Made by a program: the position numbers and the translations under genes | Notes under the pieces: model-generated | What the model was told of the DNA's origin: nothing | Database searches by the model: none | What the model saw: only the letters and a program-made list of their open reading frames with translations | Assembly: GCF_000737315.1 (NCBI RefSeq) | Contig: NZ_JMCB01000005.1 | Span: forward strand, 186,001 to 250,000 | Direction of reading: 5' to 3' | Source: Hyalangium minutum | GTDB taxonomy: Bacteria > Myxococcota > Myxococcia > Myxococcales > Myxococcaceae | DNA: 64,000 nt | Shown: positions 49,331-58,280 of the stretch, one piece after another | Position numbering within the stretch: position 1 is the first letter of the stretch | Layout: the number at the start of each line of letters is the position of its first letter

Positions 49331-52129
49331 ATGGATTCGATAAAGACACCCCAGACGAGCAGCCCTGCGGCCGCCTCCTGGCACTCGCTCGCCGCCGAAG
49401 ATGTGCTGAAGCGCCTGCAGACCACCGCCGAAGGACTCTCCCACCAGGAGGGCCAACAGCGGCTGGCACGCCACGGCCCCAACGTCCTGGAGCGCCAGAG
49501 CCAGAGCGGCCCGCTCCGGGTGCTCTTCCGGCAGATCAACAACCCGCTCATCTGGGTGCTGCTCGGCTCCGCGGTGCTGGCCATCGCGCTGGGGAAGGTG
49601 ACGGACGGGCTGGTGGTGCTCGCGGTGGTGGTGCTCAACACCGTCATCGGCTTCGTGCAGGAGTTCCGGGCTGGCCGCGCCATCGAGGCGCTGTCGCGCA
49701 TGGTGCCGGAGCTCACCGCCGTGCTGCGCGGCGGGCACAAGGTGACGGTTCCCGCAGCGGAGCTGGTGCTGGGGGACGTGGTGATGCTGGCCTCGGGAGA
49801 CAAGGTGCCGGCGGACCTGCGGCTGATCTCCGTGCGCAACCTCCAGGTGGAGGAGGCCGCGCTCACGGGCGAGTCCGTGCCCGTCATGAAGCAGCTCCGG
49901 CCCGTGGCCGAGGACGCGGCCCTGGGCGACCGCTCCAACCTCGCCTTTGGTGGCACGCTCGTGACGTCTGGCACGGGCACCGCCGTGGTGGTGGCCACCG
50001 GAGGGCATACGGAGCTGGGGCGCATCTCGAAGATGCTGGGCGAGACGGTGGATTTGCAGACACCGTTGACGAAAGCGCTGGCGACCATTGGCCGCTTCCT
50101 CACCATCGGCATCCTGGCGGTCTCGGTGGTGCTGCTGGCCGTGGGGCTGCTGCGTGGCTACGCGGTGGGCGAAGCCCTGCTCGTGGCCATCACCCTGGCC
50201 GTCGCCGCCATCCCCGAGGGCCTTCCCGCCATCGTCACCATCGCCCTGGCCATCGGCGTGCAGCGCATGGCGGCGCGCCGGGCCGTCATCCGGAAGCTGC
50301 CTGCGGTGGAGACGCTCGGGAGCACCACCGTCATCTGCTCGGACAAGACGGGCACGCTCACGCGCAATGAGATGACAGTGCAGGCGCTGTGGACGCCTGC
50401 GGGTGGCTGGACCATGTCGGGTGTGGGGTATGCGCCGGAGGGGCGCCTCCATCAGAAGGGCGTGCCCGTGGACGGAGTGCCCGAGGCCGCGCGGGAGCTG
50501 CTGCGGGCCGGAGCGCTCTGCAACGACGCCGCGCTCCAGTCCAAAGGGGGGAAGTGGGAGCTGACGGGAGACCCCACCGAGGGCGCGCTCCTGGTGGCGG
50601 CGGAGAAGGCAGGACTGCCCGTGGAGGAACTCTGTGAGCGTTTCCCCCGGGTGGATGCCATCCCCTTCGAATCGGAGAGCCAGTTCATGGCGACCCTGCA
50701 TGAGGACGGAGAGGACCGCCGGTCTATCTTCCTCAAGGGCGCTCCGGAGGTCATCCTGCGGCGCTGCGCGCTCCCCGAGGGCCTACGCCCAGAAGGAGTG
50801 CTCGCCGAGGTGGAGCGGATGGCCGAGGGGGGCATGCGTGTGCTGGCGGTGGCCTCGAAGGCGGTACCCGCCACGCACGAGCGGATGGAGCCGGAGCACG
50901 TGGCCGGAGGCTTCTCACTGTTGGGCCTGCAGGGGATGATCGATCCGCCGCGCCAGGAGGCCATCGCCGCGGTGCGGGCGTGCCACGAGGCAGGCATCGT
51001 CGTGAAGATGATCACCGGCGATCACCAGAAGACGGCGGAGAGCATCGGCCGGGAGCTGGGGCTGCACGGGACGGGACCCGCGCTGACGGGGCGGCAGCTC
51101 GCGGAGCTGAACGACCACCAGCTGGCGGAGGCCGGGGCCACCACGAACGTGTTCGCGCGCGTCGCTCCCGAGCACAAGCTGCGGCTGGTGCGCGCGCTCC
51201 AGGCCCGGCACCAGGTGGTGGCGATGACGGGCGATGGTGTCAACGACGCGCCCGCGCTCAAGCAGGCCAACATCGGTGTGGCCATGGGCATCACCGGCAC
51301 GGCCGTGTCGAAGGAGGCGGCGGACATCGTCCTCATGGACGACAACTTCGCGTCGATCGCGGCGGCGGTGGAGGAGGGCCGGCGCGTCTATGACAACCTC
51401 ATCAAGTCCCTGGCGTTCGTGCTGCCCACCAACCTGGGGCTGGCGCTCATCCTGGCCTTCGGCGTGGCCTTCTTCCCCATCCAAGAGGTGGGCGGAGCGC
51501 TGGCGCCGCTGATGCCCATGCTCCCGACGCAGCTCCTGTGGATCAACCTGGTGGCCACCGTGGCGCTGGCCCTGCCGCTGGCCTTCGAGGCCAAGGAGCC
51601 CAACGTCATGCAGCGGCCGCCGCGCAGTCCCAGCGGGCCCGTGCTGAGCCGCTTCGTGGTGGTGCGCACCCTGGTGGCGGCGGTGCTGATGGCCGCGGGC
51701 GCCATCGGGCTGTTCCTCTGGGAGTACACCTCCGAGGTGGGACGCTCCGGGCACGCGGTGGCGCTGCGCGAGGCCCAGACCATGGCCGTCACCACCGTCA
51801 TCCTCTTCCAGATCTTCTACATGCTCATGTGCCGCAGCCTGAAAGGCTCGATCTTCCGGCTGGGCTGGCTCAGCAACCCCACTGTCTTCGTGGGCATCGG
51901 CGTGCTGGTGCTGCTGCAGCTGGGCTTCATCTACCTGCCCTTCATGCAGAAGGTGTTCGGCACCTCCGCGCTGGATTGGAAGGCGCTCGGGATGTCCACC
52001 CTGGTGGCGGTCGTCATCCTCCCCGTCATTGGCGCGGAGAAGCTCTGGCGCTCGCGGCGGGAGCGGACCTCCCTGGATCGCCGCGAGCCACCTCGGGGCT
52101 TGCGTGTGGGGCCTCGGCTCCCGGCGTAG
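49331..52129 (+). CDS. Type II P-type cation-transporting ATPase
   Basis: TGES, PEGLP, DKTGTLT, KGAPE, MITGD, TGDGVND; start trimmed to ATG 49331. Confidence 0.95.
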   Translation: MDSIKTPQTSSPAAASWHSLAAEDVLKRLQTTAEGLSHQEGQQRLARHGPNVLERQSQSGPLRVLFRQINNPLIWVLLGSAVLAIALGKVTDGLVVLAVVVLNTVIGFVQEFRAGRAIEALSRMVPELTAVLRGGHKVTVPAAELVLGDVVMLASGDKVPADLRLISVRNLQVEEAALTGESVPVMKQLRPVAEDAALGDRSNLAFGGTLVTSGTGTAVVVATGGHTELGRISKMLGETVDLQTPLTKALATIGRFLTIGILAVSVVLLAVGLLRGYAVGEALLVAITLAVAAIPEGLPAIVTIALAIGVQRMAARRAVIRKLPAVETLGSTTVICSDKTGTLTRNEMTVQALWTPAGGWTMSGVGYAPEGRLHQKGVPVDGVPEAARELLRAGALCNDAALQSKGGKWELTGDPTEGALLVAAEKAGLPVEELCERFPRVDAIPFESESQFMATLHEDGEDRRSIFLKGAPEVILRRCALPEGLRPEGVLAEVERMAEGGMRVLAVASKAVPATHERMEPEHVAGGFSLLGLQGMIDPPRQEAIAAVRACHEAGIVVKMITGDHQKTAESIGRELGLHGTGPALTGRQLAELNDHQLAEAGATTNVFARVAPEHKLRLVRALQARHQVVAMTGDGVNDAPALKQANIGVAMGITGTAVSKEAADIVLMDDNFASIAAAVEEGRRVYDNLIKSLAFVLPTNLGLALILAFGVAFFPIQEVGGALAPLMPMLPTQLLWINLVATVALALPLAFEAKEPNVMQRPPRSPSGPVLSRFVVVRTLVAAVLMAAGAIGLFLWEYTSEVGRSGHAVALREAQTMAVTTVILFQIFYMLMCRSLKGSIFRLGWLSNPTVFVGIGVLVLLQLGFIYLPFMQKVFGTSALDWKALGMSTLVAVVILPVIGAEKLWRSRRERTSLDRREPPRGLRVGPRLPA

Positions 52130-52140
52130 GCGAGGGACAC

Positions 52141-53055
52141 TCAGGGCGTGACGGCCCGGACGTCGCGGGCGGCGGCATCCGGGAGCGCGCGGTCCTCGGG
52201 CTCGAAGACGAGCTGGCACTTGTCCAGCTTCGTCCCACACACCCGGTCGAGATCGCTCCGGGTGTCGCAGCCATACCGCTCCGTGCAGGTGTCCGGCAGG
52301 AAGGCCCAGACGAACTGGAGCACGGTGCTCCGGCGGCCCTCCGGCAGCGCGGCGAGGAAGTCCTCGCGGTAGGTGTCGAAGACCTGAGCCAGGTGGACGG
52401 TGTCCTTCTCCAGCCGCACGTGGCGGCGGTCGCCGACGAAGCGGCGGGCCGCGTCGTTGAGCTGCGAGTCGAGGAAGGAAGGGTCAAAGGGCGCGCCATC
52501 CAACAGGGGCCCACCGCGTGTGCCGTGGAAGAGCGCGAGGTGGATGCGCGGATCGGCGTACTCCCGGTCGAGGATGCGGTGCTCCAGGGCCCAGAGCGTC
52601 AGGCGCTGGCCGCCCACCGGCCACGAGCGGCCCCAGAAGAAGTGCCCGAAGGCCTTGTCATGCACGCTCTCGAGGTAGGGGTACTCGTCCACCAGGGACT
52701 GCAGCACGAGCGCGTGGTAGGCGTTGAGCCAGTAGGCCAGCGCGTCCTCGGGCTTGGGGAAGAGGTCCGGCCGCGAGCGCGGTGAGAAGGTGGCCAGCGA
52801 GCGGACGAAGGTGTCCAGCTCCTGGCGGTCCCGGCCGATGGCGGAGAAGTCCACGTCCCCATCCGGCTTCACGTTGCGCAGCACGTGGGCGTAGCCGTTG
52901 TAGTGGAAGGGGAAGTCCCCGCTGGGGACCGAGGCGGGCAGCAGCCCGTAGAAGAAGAGCACGCTGCCCACGGCGAGCACCGCGGGCAGCACGAAGGCCC
53001 CCAGGACGAGCAGGAGACGGCGGCGGCTGGGCGAGGGAGTCTCCAAGGCTGCCAC
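52141..53055 (-). CDS. DUF547-domain membrane-anchored protein
   Basis: LAYWLNAYHA, LEHRIL, DPRIHLAL; N-terminal TM; start approximate (GTG 53055 or TTG 53046). Confidence 0.8.
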   Translation of the reverse strand: MAALETPSPSRRRLLLVLGAFVLPAVLAVGSVLFFYGLLPASVPSGDFPFHYNGYAHVLRNVKPDGDVDFSAIGRDRQELDTFVRSLATFSPRSRPDLFPKPEDALAYWLNAYHALVLQSLVDEYPYLESVHDKAFGHFFWGRSWPVGGQRLTLWALEHRILDREYADPRIHLALFHGTRGGPLLDGAPFDPSFLDSQLNDAARRFVGDRRHVRLEKDTVHLAQVFDTYREDFLAALPEGRRSTVLQFVWAFLPDTCTERYGCDTRSDLDRVCGTKLDKCQLVFEPEDRALPDAAARDVRAVTP

Positions 53056-53107
53056 AGTGTAGCCCAGCGGGGCTTGGCTCGCAGGAACGCGCAAGGGCGG
53101 GGGCGGT

Positions 53108-54631
53108 TCAACGCGCCGAGGCGGGCTGTCCGCAGCGCTCCGCGTATTCGGCGAGCCTGCGCTGCATCGCCTCTTGCGTGGCCTGGGCCATGGAACGCAG
53201 GGCCGCGGTGACGTGGCCTCCGAGCACGCCGATGGCCCGTTGCTGCGCGGTGAGGCTCTCCTCGCAACGGCCCGCCTGGAAGAGCAGCGCCGCGTAGGCC
53301 TCCAGCGTGGAGGCGCGGCCAGGGGCCAGCTGAACGGCGCGGGCGGCCCTCGCGAGTCCCTCTTCGGTCTGCCCCTGCTCCGTGTGCAGCCACGCCATGG
53401 ACACCAGCGCATCCACGTCGTCGGGGTCCAGAGCGAGGGCCCGCTGCAGGGCCTGCTCCTGCTCGGACGCCGGGGCGTTCGCGTCCTGGAGCGCCTGGCC
53501 CAGCAGGCTCCACGCGGGCCCACTGTCCGGCCGGGCCTGCACCAGCGCCCGGGCCAGCGCCAGCCGCTGCTCTGGATCCACCGTGAAGCTCGCCTGGAGC
53601 AGCACCGCGCTCACATTCGCTGGATCCTCCCGGAGCGCTTCTTCGAGTTCCTGGCGGCCCAGGCGCAGCCGCTCGCGCAGGGAGCGCGGCCCGGGGCTGC
53701 GCAGGAACAGCCGCGCCCGGATGGCGTGGATCTCCGCGCAGTCCAGCGTCCTCACGTCGAACTCGGGCTTGATGAACGGCAGCTCCACCGTGAGCTGCTT
53801 CTCGTCCTGGGGCTCGTACTTCTCGAGGTCCTCCTCCAGGCCCGTCACGCCCTGGAAGGCTGCCTCCCACGCGCGGCGAGGTTCCTCGGCCCGCGCCAGC
53901 CGCGAGGTGAAGTCCCGGAAGCGCTGGGGGTGCCGCTCCCTCAGGTACGTCACCCACAGCCACGAGGAAGCGTAGTACGGCAGGATCTCCGCCGAGGAGA
54001 GGAACGGATACCGTTCCCAGGCCCACAGCTTCTCCATCGACAGGGGCCGGTGGTTGCGCACGTACTGCGCGAAGCCTGGGTGGATCTCCCCGAAGGAGGC
54101 CTTCCTCCGCAGCGAGGAGAACTGCACCGTCTGGAGCCACGTGGCCAGGCCCTCGGTGAGCCACCGGGGCTGCCGCACCATCACGAAGCGGGTGATGTGG
54201 TGGGCCAGCTCGTGGGCCTGGACCTGGAGGGACTCAGGCTCCTGCAACAGGAACTCTCCCTCGCCGGCCATCACCATGAGCGGGCTGCGCCCGGACGAGT
54301 CCAGGAAGGCCTCCAGGGGCGCGCCTTGGGTGAACTCCTCCAGCTCCGTGTCGCTGCTCACGACGATGACCTCCACCTGTCCTGGCGGATCCACTGGGCC
54401 CCCCCAGGCAAGCAGGAGAGCGGTGCGCAGCTGCTCCAGCTCCAGCGCCGTGAAGCGAGCCACGCGCTGGCCCAGGTCCGTGAAGACACGGAAGTGGGGA
54501 CTGTTCACTTCGCGCCACTCCTTGCCTCCCTTGTCCGGACATGTGGCGACCGGACGTTTGACGCAGCCTGTCCCCAGGGTCAGCAGCATCCCTCCGAGCA
54601 GTGCGAGTATGTTGAGGCGTATGGAACCCAT
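53108..54631 (-). CDS. Lipoprotein with HExxH zincin-like (DUF1570-like) domain and TPR repeats
   Basis: Signal ending GTGC; SPHFRVFTD, HELAH, WLTEGLA; C-terminal TPRs. Confidence 0.75.
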   Translation of the reverse strand: MGSIRLNILALLGGMLLTLGTGCVKRPVATCPDKGGKEWREVNSPHFRVFTDLGQRVARFTALELEQLRTALLLAWGGPVDPPGQVEVIVVSSDTELEEFTQGAPLEAFLDSSGRSPLMVMAGEGEFLLQEPESLQVQAHELAHHITRFVMVRQPRWLTEGLATWLQTVQFSSLRRKASFGEIHPGFAQYVRNHRPLSMEKLWAWERYPFLSSAEILPYYASSWLWVTYLRERHPQRFRDFTSRLARAEEPRRAWEAAFQGVTGLEEDLEKYEPQDEKQLTVELPFIKPEFDVRTLDCAEIHAIRARLFLRSPGPRSLRERLRLGRQELEEALREDPANVSAVLLQASFTVDPEQRLALARALVQARPDSGPAWSLLGQALQDANAPASEQEQALQRALALDPDDVDALVSMAWLHTEQGQTEEGLARAARAVQLAPGRASTLEAYAALLFQAGRCEESLTAQQRAIGVLGGHVTAALRSMAQATQEAMQRRLAEYAERCGQPASAR

Positions 54632-55667
54632 GCCGGATGTCACCCGTTTCTTCCACCCCGTGCTGTCCGCCCGTGAGCTGCGCAAGAAGCCGCTGCGCAT
54701 CGAGCTGGCAGGCAGAGCATACGCGCTGTTCCGGGATGGGACGGGAAAGGCGGCCGCGCTCGCGGACGCTTGCCCCCATCGCTTCGCCCCGCTCTCGGCG
54801 GGCCGGGTGAGCAAGGAGGGACGGCTGACGTGCCCGTACCACGGCTGGAACTTCGACGCGGAAGGCCATGGCCGCAGCCCCAGCCAGCCGGACCTGAAGA
54901 AGTGCGACGCGCGCGCGCTGCAAGTGGTGGAGCGCCACGGCTACCTCTGGGTGGCCTCCCGGGACACGCCGCTGTCGGCCTTCCCGGACTTCGCGCCCGA
55001 GGGCCATGAGGCCACGGGCAGCTTCTCCATGCTCTTCCGCGCGCCGCTCCACGTGGCGCTCGACAACTTCAGCGAGGACGAGCACACCCCGTTCGTCCAC
55101 ACCCGCCTGGGCTGGGACGACCACGACACGAGCGCCATCGAGTTCTCGGCGGAGAACCACGAGGACCACACCGAGGTGCACTACCGCGCGCCTCAGCGGG
55201 AGAGCTGGCTCATCCAGCTGCTGCTGCTCAAGAAGGGGGACGTCTTCCACAATGACTGGGTGACGCGCTTCGATCCCGTGCGTACGAGCTACTCCATCCA
55301 CTGGAGATCGCCGTCGGGAGAGCCCCGCCCGTTCCTCTACCACTTCGCCATCTTCATGGTGCCGGAGACGGAGAAGACCACCCGCTTCCACGTCTTCTCG
55401 TTCGTGAAGGTGTTGGATCCGCGCTTCCAGCCGCTGCTGCCCGTGGTGCGCCTGGCTCAGCCCGTGCTGGCCTGGTTCGAGATCCGCGATGACGCACTCT
55501 TCATCCCCACCGTGGCCGACACGCCGTACAGCCTGAAGGGCATGCGCCTGGGCAAGTACGACAAGCCGCTCATCTACCAGCGCAAGCTGCTCGAGCGCAT
55601 CTACTACGGCCAGAGCCCCGAGGAGCATGTCCCTCCCGTCTCGCTCGTGCAGAGCTCCGGGAGCTGA
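54630..55667 (+). CDS. Rieske non-heme iron oxygenase (VanA-like alpha subunit)
   Basis: CPHRFAPL..CPYHGW Rieske motif; DNFSEDEHTPFVH Fe site; start ATG 54630 (or 54621/54609). Confidence 0.9.
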   Translation: MPDVTRFFHPVLSARELRKKPLRIELAGRAYALFRDGTGKAAALADACPHRFAPLSAGRVSKEGRLTCPYHGWNFDAEGHGRSPSQPDLKKCDARALQVVERHGYLWVASRDTPLSAFPDFAPEGHEATGSFSMLFRAPLHVALDNFSEDEHTPFVHTRLGWDDHDTSAIEFSAENHEDHTEVHYRAPQRESWLIQLLLLKKGDVFHNDWVTRFDPVRTSYSIHWRSPSGEPRPFLYHFAIFMVPETEKTTRFHVFSFVKVLDPRFQPLLPVVRLAQPVLAWFEIRDDALFIPTVADTPYSLKGMRLGKYDKPLIYQRKLLERIYYGQSPEEHVPPVSLVQSSGS

Positions 55668-55691
55668 GGCCCGGAGCCCGGCTTCACGGCG

Positions 55692-56663
55692 TCAGCGGGG
55701 CTCGGGCTTCCTGCCGGAGATGACGCACATGCCGCCCAGCGTCTTCAGGCGAGGCACCGAGAGCAGCGCCTGATCCACCCTCCCGAGCATGTCCACCGCC
55801 AGCTTCCTCGCCAGCGGCGCGTGCTCGTAGGTCTGGCACGTCGGCAGGATGAGCGAGCTGAGCCGTCCCAGCAGGTGGAACCACTTCAGCTCCAGGTCCG
55901 GCAGGTGGCGCAGGATGGTGGACAGCTCGGCCTTCTCCAGCGGCCGCTCGTCCGGCGTGGCATTCGTGTGGATGGGCACGCCCTTGCGCAGCTTCCGCAG
56001 CCACGGTGTGAGGCTCACCGGCTCGGAGAAGACGAGGAGAGCGCCCGGCTTGGCCCACTTCACCAGCTGCCGCATCACCGCATCCAGCTCCGGGATGAGG
56101 TGGTGCAGGATGCCGTCGCCCCAGATGATGTCGAAGTGCCCCGCGGGCAGCTCCACGGTCTCCAGGGGCGAGCAGAAGAACTCGGCGCGCGCCTCGACAC
56201 CCTCCAGCTGCGCCCGTTGCTTGCACAGCTCGACGAAGCCCGGAGAGATGTCCACGCCCGTGACGTGCGCGCCGAACTTGGCCATCAGCGTGGCGTTGAT
56301 ACCGTCGCCGCACCCGACGTCGAGCACGCGCTTGCCGCGCAGGTTGCCCAGCAGCTGGAAGCGGAACTCCTTGTGGAACCAAGGGTGCTGCGGCTCGCGG
56401 TAGCGCGCCACCGTGAGCGGATCCAGCGGCTTCAGCTCTGCGGCCATCTGCTGGGCGATCTCATCGAAGAAGCGCGCCTCGGACGTCCAACGCGAGAAGA
56501 AGTCCGCACGGGCCCTGGCAGGAGACAGCTCCTCCGGCAGGGCCACTGCGTTCCTCTCCGTACATGCTGGATCCGGCCTCAGCAGCCCCGTCAGCGTGTT
56601 GGCCAGCGGCTTCCCCGTAGGCCCCAGAGGTGTTTCGAGGGTTGGTTCGTTGCCGATCTCCAT
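55692..56663 (-). CDS. Class I SAM-dependent methyltransferase
   Basis: VLDVGCGDG, VTGVDIS, FDIIWG..ILHHL. Confidence 0.9.
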   Translation of the reverse strand: MEIGNEPTLETPLGPTGKPLANTLTGLLRPDPACTERNAVALPEELSPARARADFFSRWTSEARFFDEIAQQMAAELKPLDPLTVARYREPQHPWFHKEFRFQLLGNLRGKRVLDVGCGDGINATLMAKFGAHVTGVDISPGFVELCKQRAQLEGVEARAEFFCSPLETVELPAGHFDIIWGDGILHHLIPELDAVMRQLVKWAKPGALLVFSEPVSLTPWLRKLRKGVPIHTNATPDERPLEKAELSTILRHLPDLELKWFHLLGRLSSLILPTCQTYEHAPLARKLAVDMLGRVDQALLSVPRLKTLGGMCVISGRKPEPR

Positions 56664-56780
56664 GCCGCCCCCTTCCAGCCTTCTCCGCCGGGCATGGCGG
56701 AGTGTCTGGGAGGGTGAGCCCGGTCCTTCAGCGAGGGAAGAGGCCCTGCCGGACGATAGACAGGGGGCGGAGCGGCTGTT

Positions 56781-58181
56781 CTACGGAGTGGGAGCCGGAG
56801 TGGGAGCCGGGGCCGCGCTGCCCTCCGAGAGGCTGGGGGGCGGAAACGCGCCCACCGTCTTCAGCAGCCGCAGCGCCGCGAGCGAGGCCTGGAGCCGCTC
56901 GGCCACCAGTCCCACCTCGGCCTGGGTGAGCGTGGTGTTGGTGTCGGCGACTTCCAGGTAGGTGGCCACGCCCGCGCGGAAGCTGACGTCCGTCAGGCGC
57001 TGACCCTCGCGAGCCAGCTCCACCGCCTCCTGGGCCTTGGCGCGGTTGGCCAGGGCGCTCTGCAGCTCCAGCTGGTAGCGCGCCACCTCCTCGCGGGCCC
57101 GGGCCTCGGCCGCGTCTCGCAGCGCCTCGGCCTCGGCCACCTTCGCCGACTGCTCCTTGAGGTTGGCCTCGCGCAGGCCGCCATCCCAGATCGTCCACGA
57201 GGCGGCCAGGGTGATGAGCCACGAGGTGTTCTGCCCGGTGAAGCCCCCGGCGTTGCTCACGCGGTACGCGCCGGACACGCCCAGCGAGGGCAGGTAGGCG
57301 AGCCATGCGCCTCGGCGGTTCGTCTGCGCCAGGTCCACGCCCACGCGCGAGGCCTCCACGTCCGGGCGGTACGTGAGCGCGGCCTCCTCCAGGTTCGCGT
57401 TCTGTGCAGGCAGCTGGGGCTCGGGCGGGGGCTCCAGCTCGAAGTCCGGCGAGCGCTGCAGCAGCGTGGCCAGCGCCAGCTTCGCGGCGGCCAGCGAGTT
57501 GCGCGAGCGCAGCAGATCCTGCTCGGCGCGCGTCCGGTCCAGCTGGGCGCGCAGCACCGCCACCTTCGTCACCGTGCCGGCCTCGAAGCGCGCCTGGGTG
57601 TCCTTCTCGCGTGCCTGGTTGAGCTCCAGCAGCCGCGTCTGCGCCATGAGCGCCGCCTGCGAGGCCGCCGCGCCGTAGTACGCCTGCGCAACGATGAAGA
57701 GGATCTCCCGCCGCTGCGCCTCGGTGCTCAGCGCGGCCAGGTGCTCGGCCTTGCTGGCGGCGGAGATGGCCGCCCACAGCGTGGGGACGATGAGGGCCTG
57801 GCGCGCCTCGAGCTGCGCGTTGAGCATGTTGAACGGCTGGATCGTCACATCCAGCACCTGCTCGGGGACGACCACCAGGTTGGTGGGGGCGCCCGGGCCG
57901 GCACCGGGATCGCTCGTGGGGGCGCCCACGTCGCGCACGAGGTTGCCCACGGGGAACGCGATGCGGGCCTCGTCCGAGTTGCGCGTATAGGCGCCGCTGG
58001 CGGTGATGGTGGGGAGGTACCCCGACCAGGCCTTCCGCGAGGCCTGCTCTGCTTGCTCGAGCCGGGCGCGCGCGGCCTTCAGGTCCAGGTTCTTGGCCTG
58101 GGCCTCCGTGAGCGCCTCGTCCAGCGTGAGCACCGGACCTGCCGTCATGACCGCGAGGGAGAGCGCCAGCAGGGGCGTCAT
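56781..58181 (-). CDS. TolC family outer-membrane efflux protein
   Basis: LTLDEAL..A...N, two OEP repeats, RFEAGTV, SFRAGVATYLEV. Confidence 0.92.
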   Translation of the reverse strand: MTPLLALSLAVMTAGPVLTLDEALTEAQAKNLDLKAARARLEQAEQASRKAWSGYLPTITASGAYTRNSDEARIAFPVGNLVRDVGAPTSDPGAGPGAPTNLVVVPEQVLDVTIQPFNMLNAQLEARQALIVPTLWAAISAASKAEHLAALSTEAQRREILFIVAQAYYGAAASQAALMAQTRLLELNQAREKDTQARFEAGTVTKVAVLRAQLDRTRAEQDLLRSRNSLAAAKLALATLLQRSPDFELEPPPEPQLPAQNANLEEAALTYRPDVEASRVGVDLAQTNRRGAWLAYLPSLGVSGAYRVSNAGGFTGQNTSWLITLAASWTIWDGGLREANLKEQSAKVAEAEALRDAAEARAREEVARYQLELQSALANRAKAQEAVELAREGQRLTDVSFRAGVATYLEVADTNTTLTQAEVGLVAERLQASLAALRLLKTVGAFPPPSLSEGSAAPAPTPAPTP

Positions 58182-58280
58182 ACGAACTTTCCTCCTAAGG
58201 CCCGCCGGAGCGGGCGTTCACAGCAGCCAATGTTGCATGGACCACACTCACGTGGCTGAAGCCAGTGAGAACTGCACCGC

